Shown one piece after another: positions 1 through 12,800 of a stretch of DNA of 32,869 bases. The position numbers were made by a program, and so were the translations under genes. The stretch is from Conidiobolus incongruus B7586 (taxonomy: Eukaryota): the NCBI GenBank assembly GCA_000697335.1, contig JNEM01008748.1, positions 1 to 32,869 of the forward strand, read 5' to 3'. The stretch's first letter is position 1. Each line of letters begins with the position of its first letter. The notes under the pieces were generated by a model. It saw nothing but the letters and a program-made list of their open reading frames with translations, did not search any database and was not told the origin of the DNA.

Positions 1-76
1 GCTTATTTCAAGTAATTATTTTACGTTGATTTTTGTACCAAGTGTTATGGATCTCCTTATGTTATTTAAAAATAAG

Positions 77-3000
77 CTAATTTCTACTTCCGATCCCATC
101 AGTGTTGAATTATGGTCCTTTGAGGTTATTAGAGAGGACCTCGAGCATCGATTTAGATTAAATGTTGACCACTCTGGAGAGAAGCTTGTACAGCTTGGTG
201 AATGTAGTTTGTATACAAGAATGTATCCTCCGCGTAAAGAGAATTCTCCATCCACTCTTGCTCTTCCAGACCGTGCCGAAGTTTGGACAGACTGGTCTAA
301 GCCTCAGCCTGTAGTTTGCGATTGGTTGCACAAATTACACAATATCTTTGACGTCATCATGAATCGTACTTACATTCAAACCTTGTATGCAACATGTTTG
401 CGAAACCAACCATTGAAAAGTACTGACATTGACAAGCTTTTGTCACTTTGTGATTCCATAACAATAGAAATCAACATGACTACATTCTTATTGTTTAAGA
501 AATTCTTTAGTAAAAATCAAACAAATGCCGTAACCTTAACCCATTATTGGTCTAAGAATCAAATTAATAAAAGGTTCCAGCAAACGCTGGGTTGGTGCTT
601 TAGCTCAGTCAAATCAAACACTGATGATGAAACCAGCTCAGTTTACTATCACAATCCATTGGATGATCAAGGACAAGGTGTTTCAAGGCTATTGGATATT
701 TTTGATAAAGCAAAACATCCTATTTTTATGACTTTTGATTTTAGACAGAATGTAACGTATATTGATAACCAAACTAAGCGTAATGTAGAAAAATTGGACA
801 AGAATTTAAATAGTATACCTCTCGATATTGATATTGATTGGTCTGGTTCTAAACAAAACCAAATTCCTGGTAATTATTTAGACAGTGACTTCTTATCCTT
901 CGGTACTTCAAATGACTTAGAAACTCAATTAAAGATGAATCTTCATATCCCAACTAGTCTGGACTCAATAATTCAGATGAGTAACAATCTTGAAGCAACA
1001 AGTGAAATTCGCGATTTCAACACTGATTCTCCAGAGCTTCCAAAAGAAACTTTGAACACTGTATACTACAATCGCATCCTTGAATGTTGTAGTGCACAGC
1101 TCGATTGGTTCATGAAACAAGAAATGCTCCAAGAACTTCTTAGCTGGCGTCCGCTTGGACTTGGCGTCCTTAAATTCGTTCATGCAGCTTTGGATACTAA
1201 GCATAAAACTCTCGAGTCTCCTGCATTTTTCCGTATGCCACTTTCCTTTGTTAGAAAAGAAAGAGGTATAGCTCTCTTTAACCAAGCGTTACAACGATTG
1301 AACATCGACCAATTCCGAGCTAAAAAGGTTGGACCATATTTCCATGTATTTTTAAAACAAATTCCAGAAATTTTCAGAGTAAATGACAAATTGGTCAATA
1401 CAGGACTCAAATTCTGTAAAAATAGTGTTATTGACTGTTATTCACACCAAAATACTGAAAATTATATTGGTGATACTGATATTGATTACTCAAATATTCC
1501 AATTCAACCTTTCTGGCTAATACTCTATCCTAGAGGAGAAGATTTATTAATTTATTTCTTTTCGCTTACTATATCAATTGAAGATCAACACAAAGTTTTG
1601 CTTCTAATCAGAAACTATATTGCCACTACTTTAACCCACGTTAATCAACAAGTACTTCTCGAAGAACTCAATGAAACCAGGGAATGTAATCGATATCTCT
1701 TGGCTCCACCACTTGTACCAAACGAATATGACGATGATGATGATTCTGACGATTTAGATGAAGAATACTCGGTTGCAGTACAACATGATAATGTTAATCT
1801 TGCTACTTTCATTCAAGAAATCAAAAATCATTATCCACTCACACATCCTTTCATTCCAGGCCAATTTCAGTGTCCCATGGTATTGAGACACACATTCCCA
1901 CTTCATTGGCGACTCTCTCCTTTTCAAGCATTAAATGGAATTATTGACAAAGTTTTCCTTCCTTTTTCAGTCTCCAATCGTAGAAATATGTTTGTTATTG
2001 CTGAAAAATCATCAATATTCTACGTTCTATTAAGTGAAGAAGAGAGATCAATTGAAGAAGCAGAAGAAAACTCTGTGAGGCAACCGAGTATGATATCAGA
2101 GCCTGCAGAAAGTGTCCATACTGGATACGATGAAACACTTGGCCATCACACGCACTCTACAGTTAGTCCGGTCACTTCAATTCCTCCCTCTCCAAGTAAC
2201 TCGAGGCGTCTTCCATTTACCCAACCAGTGACTGGAAAACAGTCAATCGAGGGCCGTGAACTTATTATGGAAATTTATGGTATTCAACATCCTGGTACCG
2301 AAATTATTGAAGATTTAATCGAACTAATTAATAATCGATTAGATAATCATATTACATTGAGTTTAATATCATCTTTTCTATCACGTAATGCAACTCTCAA
2401 ACTTACTAAAGCGGATACACAGTTTATATTTCCTCTCCATCGACCACCTACCAAGAGTGTCAAAATTCCGTTACCATCATTCATTCAATATCCTGTCATC
2501 ATTATGTCCTATATTAAGCAGAATCTGTTAGGATACCTCAATCCACTGACTGGTCCAGAAGTTAAGAGTAGCTTTCAGAAATGGTTTGAAACTAATTTTC
2601 AATCATTCAGCGAAACAGATTCAAATGATGACTGTGATTGTGCTCTTAGCGACTTCTTATTTTACTACAATTCGTTCTCTTCTCGATCATTATCTCCAAT
2701 TGAGAGTTCAATTGGCTCTGGTATGGCATCGATCATGATGTTACCTACTATTATAAATCAAGCTAATAATATTCCTAAGCTGGCCCTTCCCAAGAATGAT
2801 GGTAGATCATATGAGTTTGTAAATAAACTCATTTCTATGCCTGAATATCATTTCAATCGATTCCTCAATCTTGAAAAAGATGAAGTTGAATTCTCTGATT
2901 TTACTGTGAATTTCAAGATATGGACGATGGGTTCCGTTGATCCAGAGATGATGATCAGTCAGTTGCAAAAGAGTGTTAAACAGAGCATACATGACTATAT

Positions 3001-5869
3001 AGTAGATAAAGTCATTCAATCCTTGGAAAAAGAATACAGTATTAAACTCAAGAGAGATAATCATCAAACACCTACTTTAGAAGCAAATGAATTGTATGCT
3101 GAAACAATGTCAAAGTTATCTGATGATGGAGCTTCTACTATCTATCATGAAAATTATTTCTCAGATACTCCTAATGATTCCGATCAACCAATCGATTTAA
3201 ATCCTTTGCTATTCAAACCAGTACCCAAGATTATTGATTATTCATCAAAGTTCCAAAACGTTTCCTCCCGCTCTCTATCCATTTTTGGCAAATTTTCACT
3301 TGGTCAACAAACATCTATTATTGGTCATATATATGAATGGCTATCTGACTTGCATCATATGATGATTCCTGCAATTTTTGAATTGAAACCTTTGGAAAAT
3401 GACTTTAACTTAGATTATCCAGAACCAATTAGCCCAATTCGACTAAATTCCTCTAATTATATCCATCCTAAAGTCACTGAAAGTGGAAAATTCTTATTAT
3501 GCAGTGGGTTGAAAGATCTTATACCTAAATTATTCTTCAACAAGCCTAATCATCTCTTCCATCAATATCCTGAATATACCCCCACCAGAAGAAGCTCATC
3601 TGAGGAAACTGGTAGTATCAAGAGTGGATTTGGAAAAATTAGTTCCTGTTTTCCAAGAAATAAGGATGATCTCACTGTGTATAGTCCCATTAACTTGTTA
3701 CATCACTGTAGCAAAGTTCAGTCTATCCAAATTGAACCATATAGACACGTGTACCTTCAAGTTGAGATAAATTACTGCTCCATCAAAATTTATAGTTATA
3801 ACATTGAAAAGCAAATTATCGATCAACTTTATCTAATGTTGCAAAAGATTGTGGCATGGATCAACACACGTCAGACCACCCTCGATTTTATCCTCCTTCA
3901 GAAATTGGGCTTGTTCCACACACCACTTAACCTTGATGCTCTATCCACTTTAAATTTACATACCCATGATAACGAATCTAAAATGATATTAATGAACTCT
4001 CTGATTCAACACCGTTATCCTCCTCACACTCTACTTACCAGTCAAGCTCCAAATGCAGTCAACCCATCAGATTCTAGGGCTAGAATTTCAGAGTCTGCAC
4101 TTATGAATATTACTGACCTTAACAACTTTGGAAGTATTAACAAATCACATAACTTATCGGAGGATATAATGAAGAAAGTGGGCAATACTGTTCTCAGGAA
4201 GGTATTGATTGAGGTTATTCCATCAAATATCCAAAGCCATTCCCAAGAATCCACAGTTTACGATCCTCTTCAATTCCATGGTCACGATTTCCTCAATTTG
4301 CTGAATTATGATGAATCTTCCGAGCATAATTCCGAAAATTCAGCTATAGCGATGACCAACATACTACTTGACCTGATCCCTCTCGCCAAAGACCATGTTT
4401 TAACCACTTCTTTTCCAAGCAACCAAATCACCAACTTTTTGAAGCATTGTCATTTTATCCACTTTTGCAGGATTCCTTTGTTTAGGTTCAAATTAGATAA
4501 TAGGTCCAGTAGTAGTGATTGGCTCTTCAAATCTGAACAGCTTGCTCAGCCTAACTTTTACGAATGGTACTCTGACGTCGCTAGCCAAATTTTGAAGGAG
4601 TATTCAATGTACCTGATGTCTTTGGATATGATTCATGTACCGCTCAAAAACGAGACAAGTTTTACAGCTCGATTGGATCAAACCACCGTTACAACTCAAG
4701 GCACCCTTACTCCCGATATAGTCCTCACTCCTAGTTATTATGTAAAATCCATTAATGGCGCACTAATCATCGTTAAAATTCTGGTTCAGAATCAATTCTT
4801 GAAAGTGGACGTCTACTCTAACCTGTCCACTTGCGAAAAATCTAAATTGACTGCTACATTCGAGCGTATATCTATAGCTATCTCCGACTTGAATAGTAAG
4901 AGTCACGCTCATTCATTCACATTTGATTACCATGTACGCTATCTCCAGCGCTGGATGGATGGTGAATTAAGATTAATGCCACCACTGAATCCTCTCGTAA
5001 TTCTTCAGGCTTTGTACAAATCTCCCCTTCAGCCTGGAAAATATTGTCATAATAGCTTAATTCATAATTTGTACACTCCTCCTAAGCCTTTTAGCATCAG
5101 AGATCTATATCTTTATATTACAAAATCCCCCCAGAGATATGGTTTGAAGAATCTTTATTATGAGAACAAATGTATAGGATTTTATGCAAATATGAACTAC
5201 CCTCCAAACTATCGCCAAACGTTGGTCTTTTATATTCAGCAAGCTCCAAATTCAACGAGTCAATACCAGTTATTCTACTATGTACTTCATGTTAATATTG
5301 TTAATCATTATCCTACATCTGTTGAATCTGTTCACGATCCGGCAGCCACCCTTAACCCAGCTCATATTGACCAATTTATTGTCGACAAGCTAGATGAAGT
5401 ACTTGAATTCCATCGCAAAGATACAATCTGGCGATCATTCCAATCCGAGTCCTACGAGCTACAAGCCACCGATTTGGATACATTCCGCACGGAATTCTAC
5501 CACATGGACCTCAAGCCCATCGAACCCACCTTCAGTGAAATCACCGAAAGCGTGCCAATTTCATGGTCCGAAGTGATCAACTCGCTCAAACGTGCATTTT
5601 CCCGCTCCCATCGCGAACTCTGGCTGGATAACGATCGCCACCTCATCCTCCTAAATCCCTACGACTCGCACTTTATGATTTACTTCAAATTCACGTACGA
5701 TAGTCCCAACGACTCCCACCGACCTCCTAACCAAATTGAAGTGAGTGCAGTTAGCAGAGATCCCCGCGACCATTTAGCCAAAGTGGAATCGGAACACGCT
5801 ACAATGGTACTCCGAAGTGTACTCTATTATATGTGGACCACTTTGTTTGGGCCTGTTACAGACATTTAA
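77..5869 (+). CDS. SZT2: SZT2-like (KICSTOR scaffold) protein, large terminal exon; the gene probably starts upstream of the window
   Basis: Uninterrupted 1947-codon ORF ending TAA at 5867-5869. Segments such as 'PGQFQCPMVLRHTFPLHWRL', 'VFLPFSVSNRRNMFV', 'LLQKLGLFH' and 'SFTFDYHVRYLQ' resemble SZT2 as I recall it. The ORF-track TTG start at 26 probably lies in an intron (GTAATT at 12 ... AAG at 76, phase 0). Confidence 0.7.
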   Translation, partial: LISTSDPISVELWSFEVIREDLEHRFRLNVDHSGEKLVQLGECSLYTRMYPPRKENSPSTLALPDRAEVWTDWSKPQPVVCDWLHKLHNIFDVIMNRTYIQTLYATCLRNQPLKSTDIDKLLSLCDSITIEINMTTFLLFKKFFSKNQTNAVTLTHYWSKNQINKRFQQTLGWCFSSVKSNTDDETSSVYYHNPLDDQGQGVSRLLDIFDKAKHPIFMTFDFRQNVTYIDNQTKRNVEKLDKNLNSIPLDIDIDWSGSKQNQIPGNYLDSDFLSFGTSNDLETQLKMNLHIPTSLDSIIQMSNNLEATSEIRDFNTDSPELPKETLNTVYYNRILECCSAQLDWFMKQEMLQELLSWRPLGLGVLKFVHAALDTKHKTLESPAFFRMPLSFVRKERGIALFNQALQRLNIDQFRAKKVGPYFHVFLKQIPEIFRVNDKLVNTGLKFCKNSVIDCYSHQNTENYIGDTDIDYSNIPIQPFWLILYPRGEDLLIYFFSLTISIEDQHKVLLLIRNYIATTLTHVNQQVLLEELNETRECNRYLLAPPLVPNEYDDDDDSDDLDEEYSVAVQHDNVNLATFIQEIKNHYPLTHPFIPGQFQCPMVLRHTFPLHWRLSPFQALNGIIDKVFLPFSVSNRRNMFVIAEKSSIFYVLLSEEERSIEEAEENSVRQPSMISEPAESVHTGYDETLGHHTHSTVSPVTSIPPSPSNSRRLPFTQPVTGKQSIEGRELIMEIYGIQHPGTEIIEDLIELINNRLDNHITLSLISSFLSRNATLKLTKADTQFIFPLHRPPTKSVKIPLPSFIQYPVIIMSYIKQNLLGYLNPLTGPEVKSSFQKWFETNFQSFSETDSNDDCDCALSDFLFYYNSFSSRSLSPIESSIGSGMASIMMLPTIINQANNIPKLALPKNDGRSYEFVNKLISMPEYHFNRFLNLEKDEVEFSDFTVNFKIWTMGSVDPEMMISQLQKSVKQSIHDYIVDKVIQSLEKEYSIKLKRDNHQTPTLEANELYAETMSKLSDDGASTIYHENYFSDTPNDSDQPIDLNPLLFKPVPKIIDYSSKFQNVSSRSLSIFGKFSLGQQTSIIGHIYEWLSDLHHMMIPAIFELKPLENDFNLDYPEPISPIRLNSSNYIHPKVTESGKFLLCSGLKDLIPKLFFNKPNHLFHQYPEYTPTRRSSSEETGSIKSGFGKISSCFPRNKDDLTVYSPINLLHHCSKVQSIQIEPYRHVYLQVEINYCSIKIYSYNIEKQIIDQLYLMLQKIVAWINTRQTTLDFILLQKLGLFHTPLNLDALSTLNLHTHDNESKMILMNSLIQHRYPPHTLLTSQAPNAVNPSDSRARISESALMNITDLNNFGSINKSHNLSEDIMKKVGNTVLRKVLIEVIPSNIQSHSQESTVYDPLQFHGHDFLNLLNYDESSEHNSENSAIAMTNILLDLIPLAKDHVLTTSFPSNQITNFLKHCHFIHFCRIPLFRFKLDNRSSSSDWLFKSEQLAQPNFYEWYSDVASQILKEYSMYLMSLDMIHVPLKNETSFTARLDQTTVTTQGTLTPDIVLTPSYYVKSINGALIIVKILVQNQFLKVDVYSNLSTCEKSKLTATFERISIAISDLNSKSHAHSFTFDYHVRYLQRWMDGELRLMPPLNPLVILQALYKSPLQPGKYCHNSLIHNLYTPPKPFSIRDLYLYITKSPQRYGLKNLYYENKCIGFYANMNYPPNYRQTLVFYIQQAPNSTSQYQLFYYVLHVNIVNHYPTSVESVHDPAATLNPAHIDQFIVDKLDEVLEFHRKDTIWRSFQSESYELQATDLDTFRTEFYHMDLKPIEPTFSEITESVPISWSEVINSLKRAFSRSHRELWLDNDRHLILLNPYDSHFMIYFKFTYDSPNDSHRPPNQIEVSAVSRDPRDHLAKVESEHATMVLRSVLYYMWTTLFGPVTDI

Positions 5870-5903
5870 TTTATTTTTTTAATCCTTTAAAATTATTAAT
5901 TTA

Positions 5904-5930
5904 ATTATTATTATTATTATTATTATTATT
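5904..5930. repeat. (ATT)9 microsatellite in the 3' flank of the SZT2-like gene
   Basis: Direct reading of attattatt... from 5904 to 5930. Confidence 0.9.
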
Positions 5931-6323
5931 ACTTATCAAAAATAAATTTACAAAAATGTATTAATAATAAATCAAAAATAGTAGGTTATAATCGAAGAAA
6001 TTTATAGAATTAATCAATTATAAATTTCGGTCTCTCATTGAAATTAGCAATAGAGCCAATAAAACTTAGATATCAAATACTTATTAAAATTCATCAAAAT
6101 ATGAATATGATATTGAATTCAATTAACATTGGAATATTAAAATGATAGAAACTGAGAGTGAATACGATAATTTGAATAGTTAATAAGAACCAAAATAGTT
6201 CAAATGAAATCATCTATGTTGAACAAAAGAGAAAGATAAAAATAAAGTGAAAGTTAAAATAGAATAATAACATATTGTAAAATAAATTATGACTGAAAGT
6301 AAATATTCAAAATTATAAAATAA

Positions 6324-6405
6324 ACTGATGTTGCTGAGTGGTCTAAGGCGGGTGAATTAAGATGATCTCCCAGTAACTGGGTGTGAGTTCCAACCTCATT
6401 TCAGA
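6324..6405 (+). pseudogene. Degenerate tRNA-Leu(TAA)
   Basis: D-arm GCTGAGTGGTCTAAGGC; anticodon loop ATTAAGA with TAA at 6358-6360; perfect long variable arm CCCAG-TAA-CTGGG; T-arm GTGAG-TTCCAAC-CTCAT. Defects: T-loop TTCC instead of TTCG, a G-G mismatch in the anticodon stem, and only 4 bp (CTGA/TCAG) of acceptor stem. Confidence 0.75.
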
Positions 6406-6460
6406 AACAATTTTTCCTCATTTTATTTTATCACTATTCCAATCATATTTAATTTTTATC

Positions 6461-7730
6461 TATTACTCTAGATTTTAAGTAATGAAACTTTTTTGAGATT
6501 GAATATTAATAAATAATCTTATATAATATACAAAAATAAATATATAATATAAAATCAATACTTTTTAATATTAATAACTTTTTGCTATACTTTTGGCAAA
6601 CTTCTAATATATAAATAATTTTTTTATTGAGGATTTAAATATGATGATTTATAAACAAATCAAATTAATTTATTGAAATTTTCTTCCTTGTTAGTTTTTT
6701 AATTGCCTAAAACAATTACAATTACATAAGTTATAATTTGAATTAATAAGCTAAAAGTAATAGCTTTTAGTTATTTATAATTAGAGATTTTTTTATAATT
6801 TTACTATTATATATTTTATAATATCAAATTAAAATAATAAATATTCTTAAATTATAATAAAAATTAATTAATAAAAATTATTTAATTTAAAAAAAATATA
6901 ATATTTTTTATTAAAACTAAGTAAAAATAGCATATATTATTATAATCTATTATAATGAATAATATTTACTTTTAAAAAAATTTTTTTTATTATAATTTAT
7001 AAAATAGATTATTTTAACTTAATATTTTAATATATATAATAGTAAAAATATTTTACTAAAAGATATATAATTTATTAGTTATAAAATTTATTATAAAAGT
7101 ATTTGTTTTTAGTTATACTTTTATAAGTTTAATTTAATAATAAATCCTTTAACTTTTTTAAGCTTTAGTTAAATTAAAAGGTTTATATTTTATATTTCTA
7201 TTCATTAAGTTAAAGCTTCAATATATATAAAATACTTATATAATTAATATTAAATTACTTAAATAACTCTTTAATTATATTAAATAATATTTTTTAATAT
7301 ATTTTCTAATTTTATTCTTAATATAAATAATATTATTTAGAATTGGTTTTATATTTTATAATAAGTTTTAAATAATTTTTTTAGCCTTAAAGTAATTTAC
7401 TTAGGCATAAATAGTTAATATAAAATAAAGTATCATTATTGATAATTGCTTATAAATTTTAAATGATTTTGAAACATGTCTAGTTAAGTTTTAATATTAT
7501 TGAATTAAAAAACTATTGATTATCACCCTTGAGTTTAATTATATATATTTAATATTAAATTTTGAAAACTTGATTTTTAGTGAAAAAAAAATTATATTTA
7601 TAAATATACAGTTTTAAAATATATATTCTCTTATTTACTATATAAAATATTTTAATCCTAAAACTAATAATATATTTGAATAATTATAAATTAAAAAATT
7701 TTCAAAATATTATATTTTCATGAAATATTA
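6461..7730 (-). mobile_element. Mariner-family element, copy 1 (heavily AT-degraded, near full length)
   Basis: The reverse complement aligns collinearly with 15860-17150, e.g. 6575-6600 with ~17006-17032, 6690-6800 with ~16795-16905, 7215-7275 with ~16290-16355, and 7661-7703 with ~15861-15903. It starts at the shared terminus TATTACTCTAGATTTT. The right boundary is approximate. Confidence 0.85.
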
Positions 7731-9829
7731 TTTAATTTTACTGATTTAATTTCAATTTAAGTTTGATACCATTTTATCTTTTTATTTTAACTAATTCTAT
7801 TTCAGAAATATTCACTATGATTTATTAATTTTTTTATTTTCATCTAAAATATTATTAATTTTGCTTATTTAATTAAAATAGTTTTATATTCATATTTAAT
7901 AATGCCACAAACTCCTGTTAGTAAGAAAAATTCATACCTGTTTTTAATTTGTTTGTTTAAATTATTAATTTCTAAATATATAATATACCTATATTACCTT
8001 ATTTTGACAATTATTAGCTATTAAATAAGATGATATGAAAATTAGCCTTGATTTTTAAGATTATGTTTACATACCTAATAATATCATTTATTGAATCCTT
8101 ATGATGATAATGCTGTGAGTTCTTAAATTTTGACGATTGAATACTGAATATTTTGATAACATGAAGTATATTTCATTCTTCAATAAGTGATCTTGTTACT
8201 GTAAAGAAAACCAATTAGTTGATAAAATCTATTTAAACTAATGAAATTAATTCAATTTTGGCATATTTAAATATGAATGATAATTTAGGAGTTGTAGGTA
8301 ATTAAAGCCAATTTCAATAAGATCGAATGAGCACGTTTTAATATATCTTGTAGCAATTTTATTATCTTTTAGGATTATATGATTTATAGAAATATAAAAT
8401 AATACTTGATTTAAGTATTATTGATGTCAATTTTCAAAAATATATGAATAATTATATTTTATCCAATTTTAAATATATTAAGAGTTATTAATATTTAAGA
8501 TTTAAAATTATTTGATATCCATTATAGATTGTAATAATATTTCAATAATCCATTTATACTTGAATATTATACTATAAACCAACTTCATACAATTGAATTA
8601 AATATGGCTTATAAATTGTTAGATTTTTGAGTTGGTTAAGAGGTCAATTTTTACTCTGAATTTTTGGTTAAATTTATTTCATTAAGAACACTAGGATTTA
8701 AAAAAAGAAATTTCTAACTTTAATTTTTATTAAAATAAATTAAGTTTAAATGGTATACTTAAAGAATTAAATGTTCATTTAATCCATGATATCAATTATT
8801 GTGTTGTCATTGATTTAATCACTATAAACAATAAGAAACTCTAGTTATATTACCATTATAATTTTAAAAGGATTAAGATTTATTTTTCCTAAAAATCATA
8901 CAAACCATTCATTTTAAATATTATCATTATGTATATTATTATGTATTGATCATCACTATAAGATTCATTCAATCATATTAGCTAATGATTGTGATTGGTT
9001 AATAATATAATTTCAACTAATTACAATACATAAAAAGTAATTAAAATAACATAAATCTAATAAAAATTATGCAATTAATTTTCAGAACCGTTATTTTAAT
9101 AGTTTTCCAACATTAAAAAAATCTTACTTCAATAGAAAACCCTAGTATTTTTATACTAGCTAAGTACTCATTATAGACCGCTTTCTTACAACTAAAGTGA
9201 ATAAATTTTCACCAATGGTTAAATAGTACTATTAGATATATCTTTGGATCAAACTACAACCACTATATGCCCAATCTTCTCACCAACATTTTTCAGATTT
9301 ATATTATTCCTATTTAACGTTCTTAATAAATATATTCGTTGATTGAAAATTTAATTATAATTTTAAATTTACCAAATCTGAGAAAATGGTTTGGATCCAT
9401 TTGAATTGTGACTTCAAATTTCCCCTCCCCTCATTTCGAATATTTTTGAAATCATTTATTAATAAAAACAAACAATAGCTTTATTCAATATAATATCAGG
9501 GTTTAGTATGAATTATTATTACTATACTATGTGGAAAAATTCTAAAGGTAATAATATATCAATTCAAGATAAAATTATATCAATCCAGTATCATCTTCAA
9601 TACCCCTCCAATAATTAAAATCATTTGAAATTTGTATTGTTGCATAATGTCAAGATCCAAAATGGAGGTCAATACGCATATTCAGAGTTAAAACTTTAAA
9701 TTATTTTCCCATAACATTAATTGAATGATCAAAAATTAGACTTGTTGAATAATATAAATCAAAGTCACACTGCAAATCTCATCTTATTTTTCTTTTATCC
9801 TTTTTTATTTGATTCAAATTAAATATATC

Positions 9830-12800
9830 ATGATAGGCTCTGAAAAATCTTTACAATCTAATGATACATTATACTTCTACTTAAATAGGGAGCCAGTCCA
9901 TCTCAAAAACCCCGATCCAGAACTTACCTTACTCGAATACTTGCGTGGCAAGGGTTTGACAGGTACGAAATTAGGATGTGGGGAAGGTGGATGTGGTGCC
10001 TGTACAGTAGTACTCGGTATGTACGATATAAAGACACAAAATCCAAAATATTTGAGCGCTAACGCTTGCTTGACACCCCTATGTTCGGTGAATGGCAAGC
10101 AAGTTATCACAATTGAAGGTTTGGGCAATGAGAATGATCCTCATCCTATTCAAGTAAGTTTTCTGATTCTATAAAAAATACATCGGCTCTTAAGTTAGTA
10201 AAGGAACGTTTAGCACATCATCACGGCTCCCAATGTGGATTCTGTACACCCGGTATTGTGATGTCGTTGTACGGACTACTCAGAGACAATGACAAACCTA
10301 CTGTAGCCGATATCGAGGAGGGATTCGACGGCAACTTGTGCAGATGTACCGGATATCGTCCCATTCTGGACGCTGCTAAAACTTTTGCTTGCGACAATGT
10401 TCAGCATAAAAATCAATGTAGTGGTGGCGTTAAGCGGCTAGGGCAATGTTTAGTTCAAGTAATTACTCTAATATCAAAATTGGATCAAGCATTAAAGATT
10501 TTTAGGAAAAACAATTCAAACCTTACAACAGTCAAACCGAATTGCAATATCCGCAAGAGTTGATAGATTACCACATTACCATTGCAACAAATCCCACTCT
10601 ACTGCAATTTGACAATCAACAAGGCTACAAATGGCTCAGACCTTCCACTGTGGATCAGCTCCTACAACTCAAAGTATTTGTGATACTTTTAATATTTATA
10701 TTTTATATTAACATAAGGTTTAGTCTGAGTACCCTGATGCCAAGCTAATTGGCGGCAACACTGAAGTAGGGATTGAAATACGCTTACGTTTTATGGAATA
10801 TAAACACCTTATCTATACTGGTGACATTAAAGAGTTTAACGATCTGAAAATCCAACAAGACAAATTGGAAATTGGTGTGAATATCACTTTAAACCAATTG
10901 ACTAAGGATTTGAAATGTGCTCAAAAACATGTGAAGGTAATTTAATACTTTTTATAATAGTATATCATTTATTAACACTGTGTAGTCGCATCAACAATCT
11001 ACAATTCAAGCACTCATTACCAATTTAAAATGGTTCGCAGGGAATCAAATTCGAAACTTTGCAACTTTAGCCGGTAATATTATCACTGGATCGCCAATTT
11101 CTGATCTGACTCCCATCTTGATCGCTACCGACGCAAAATTGACCATTGCTTCAAAGAGTGGCGGTGAGAGGGTGATCCCAATGAGAAAATTGTATACTGG
11201 CTACAGAAAGAATGCACTTCGCCAGGATGAAGTCGCCCTGAGATTGGATATTCCATTGGCACGGGAGTTACAATTTGTCAGAGCTTACAAGCAAGCTAGA
11301 AGGAAGGATGACGATATTGCCATTGCGAACGCATGCTTCCAAGTCCAGCTTGAACGTACTCAAGATTGCTACATTATTGTAGATTTACAAGGCGGATTAG
11401 GAGGGGTTGCACCTACTACACTGCACTTGTCAACCCTAAACAATGTTGCAAAAGGCCGTAGGTGGGGATCCAACGAATTGTTGGAAGCTATCACCAACGA
11501 GATCCTTGACAAGGTCAATTTCGACTACACGGTCCCAGGAGGTCAGCCCACCTACAGACGTACACTAGTGTTATCATTCTTCAAGAAGTTCTGGCTCCAA
11601 ACATGTAAAGAGCTCAAAATTTCTACTGATGTCAGTACTGAAGGATTGGAAGATATCGAACGTAACGTCTCATTTGGCGTTCAAAGGTTCGACGATTCCA
11701 ACTTTAACAAAACTTTAGGAAGTGCTCAAATTCACGTTAGTGGTATGAAACAAACAACAGGTGTTGCCAAATACGTCGACGATATTCCCAAACAATTTAA
11801 CGAACTTTTCGGTGCTTTGGTCTTATCGTCAAAAGCTCATGCGAAGATTAAGAATGTGGACTATTCCGAAGCTTTGAAGATTCCTGGAGTCTATAAGATC
11901 GATTACACGGACGTTCCCGGCCAAAACAAATTTGGAGCTGCAGTGCCTGATGAGGAGATCTTCGCATCGGAAGAAGTTCACACGGTTGGACAAATCATTG
12001 CAGTGATTCTGGCAGACGATAAACTAACAGCCCGAAAAGCAGCTAACCTCGTTAAAGTAGAGTATGAAGAACTACCCTACATTCTAACCATTGAGGAAGC
12101 AATTAGTCAAAACTCCTTCTATCCTCAGTCCCGCCACATCGGTAGAGGCAACCTCGATGAAGAATTCGCCAAAAGTGACCACATTTTCGAAGGTGAGTAT
12201 TACATAGCGGGTCAGGAGCACTTCTACCTAGAAACCCAAGGTACTTTGGCTATTCCCAAGGGTGAAGGGCATGAAATTGAATTGACTTCGAGTAGCCAAA
12301 GCCTCACCAAATTGCAGAATCTCGTCGCGGAAGCTTTGGCTATTCCATTCAATCGCGTCGTCTGCAAAGCGAAGCGTCTGGGTGGTGGATTTGGAGGCAA
12401 GGACTGTCGAAGCGTTCTATTTGGTGCGGTTACTGCAGTCGCTGCCTATCGTTTGAATAGACCTGTCCGAGTTGTATTAGATCGTGACGTGGATATGTGC
12501 ATTTCCGGCCAGCGTCATCCCTTCCTAGGTAAGTGGAAATTAGGAGTTAATAAGGATGGTATCTTTAGAGCTTTGGACATTACAGTAAGTGATTTTCTTA
12601 CCGATATATCATTTATTTGATTAATTTTGAATTAGCTCTATAATAACGCTGGCCACTCCCTTGATTTGTCCCTCAGTGTCATGGACCGTGCCATTACCCA
12701 TGTGGATAACTGCTACTACTTCCCAGCACTCAATGTGGTAGGCAAATTGGCCAAAACCAATACTCCTTCCAATACTGCGTAAGCGATTATTTTATTATTT

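Noticed and set aside
16..5576. Short ORFs at 16-255, 965-1285, 1180-1410, 2807-3067, 4042-4254 and 5394-5576
   Set aside because: Antisense or alternate-frame shadows of the long SZT2-like exon, with no motifs.
7900..8330. Possible gene relic (ATG CCA CAA ACT CCT..., GTAAG donor-like site)
   Set aside because: Many stops and no recognisable family motif.
10459..10505. Possible frameshift plus TAG lesion in the XDH linker
   Set aside because: A 47-nt GTAATT...TTTTAG phase-0 intron restores the frame and the rest of the gene is intact. RNA-seq would settle it.
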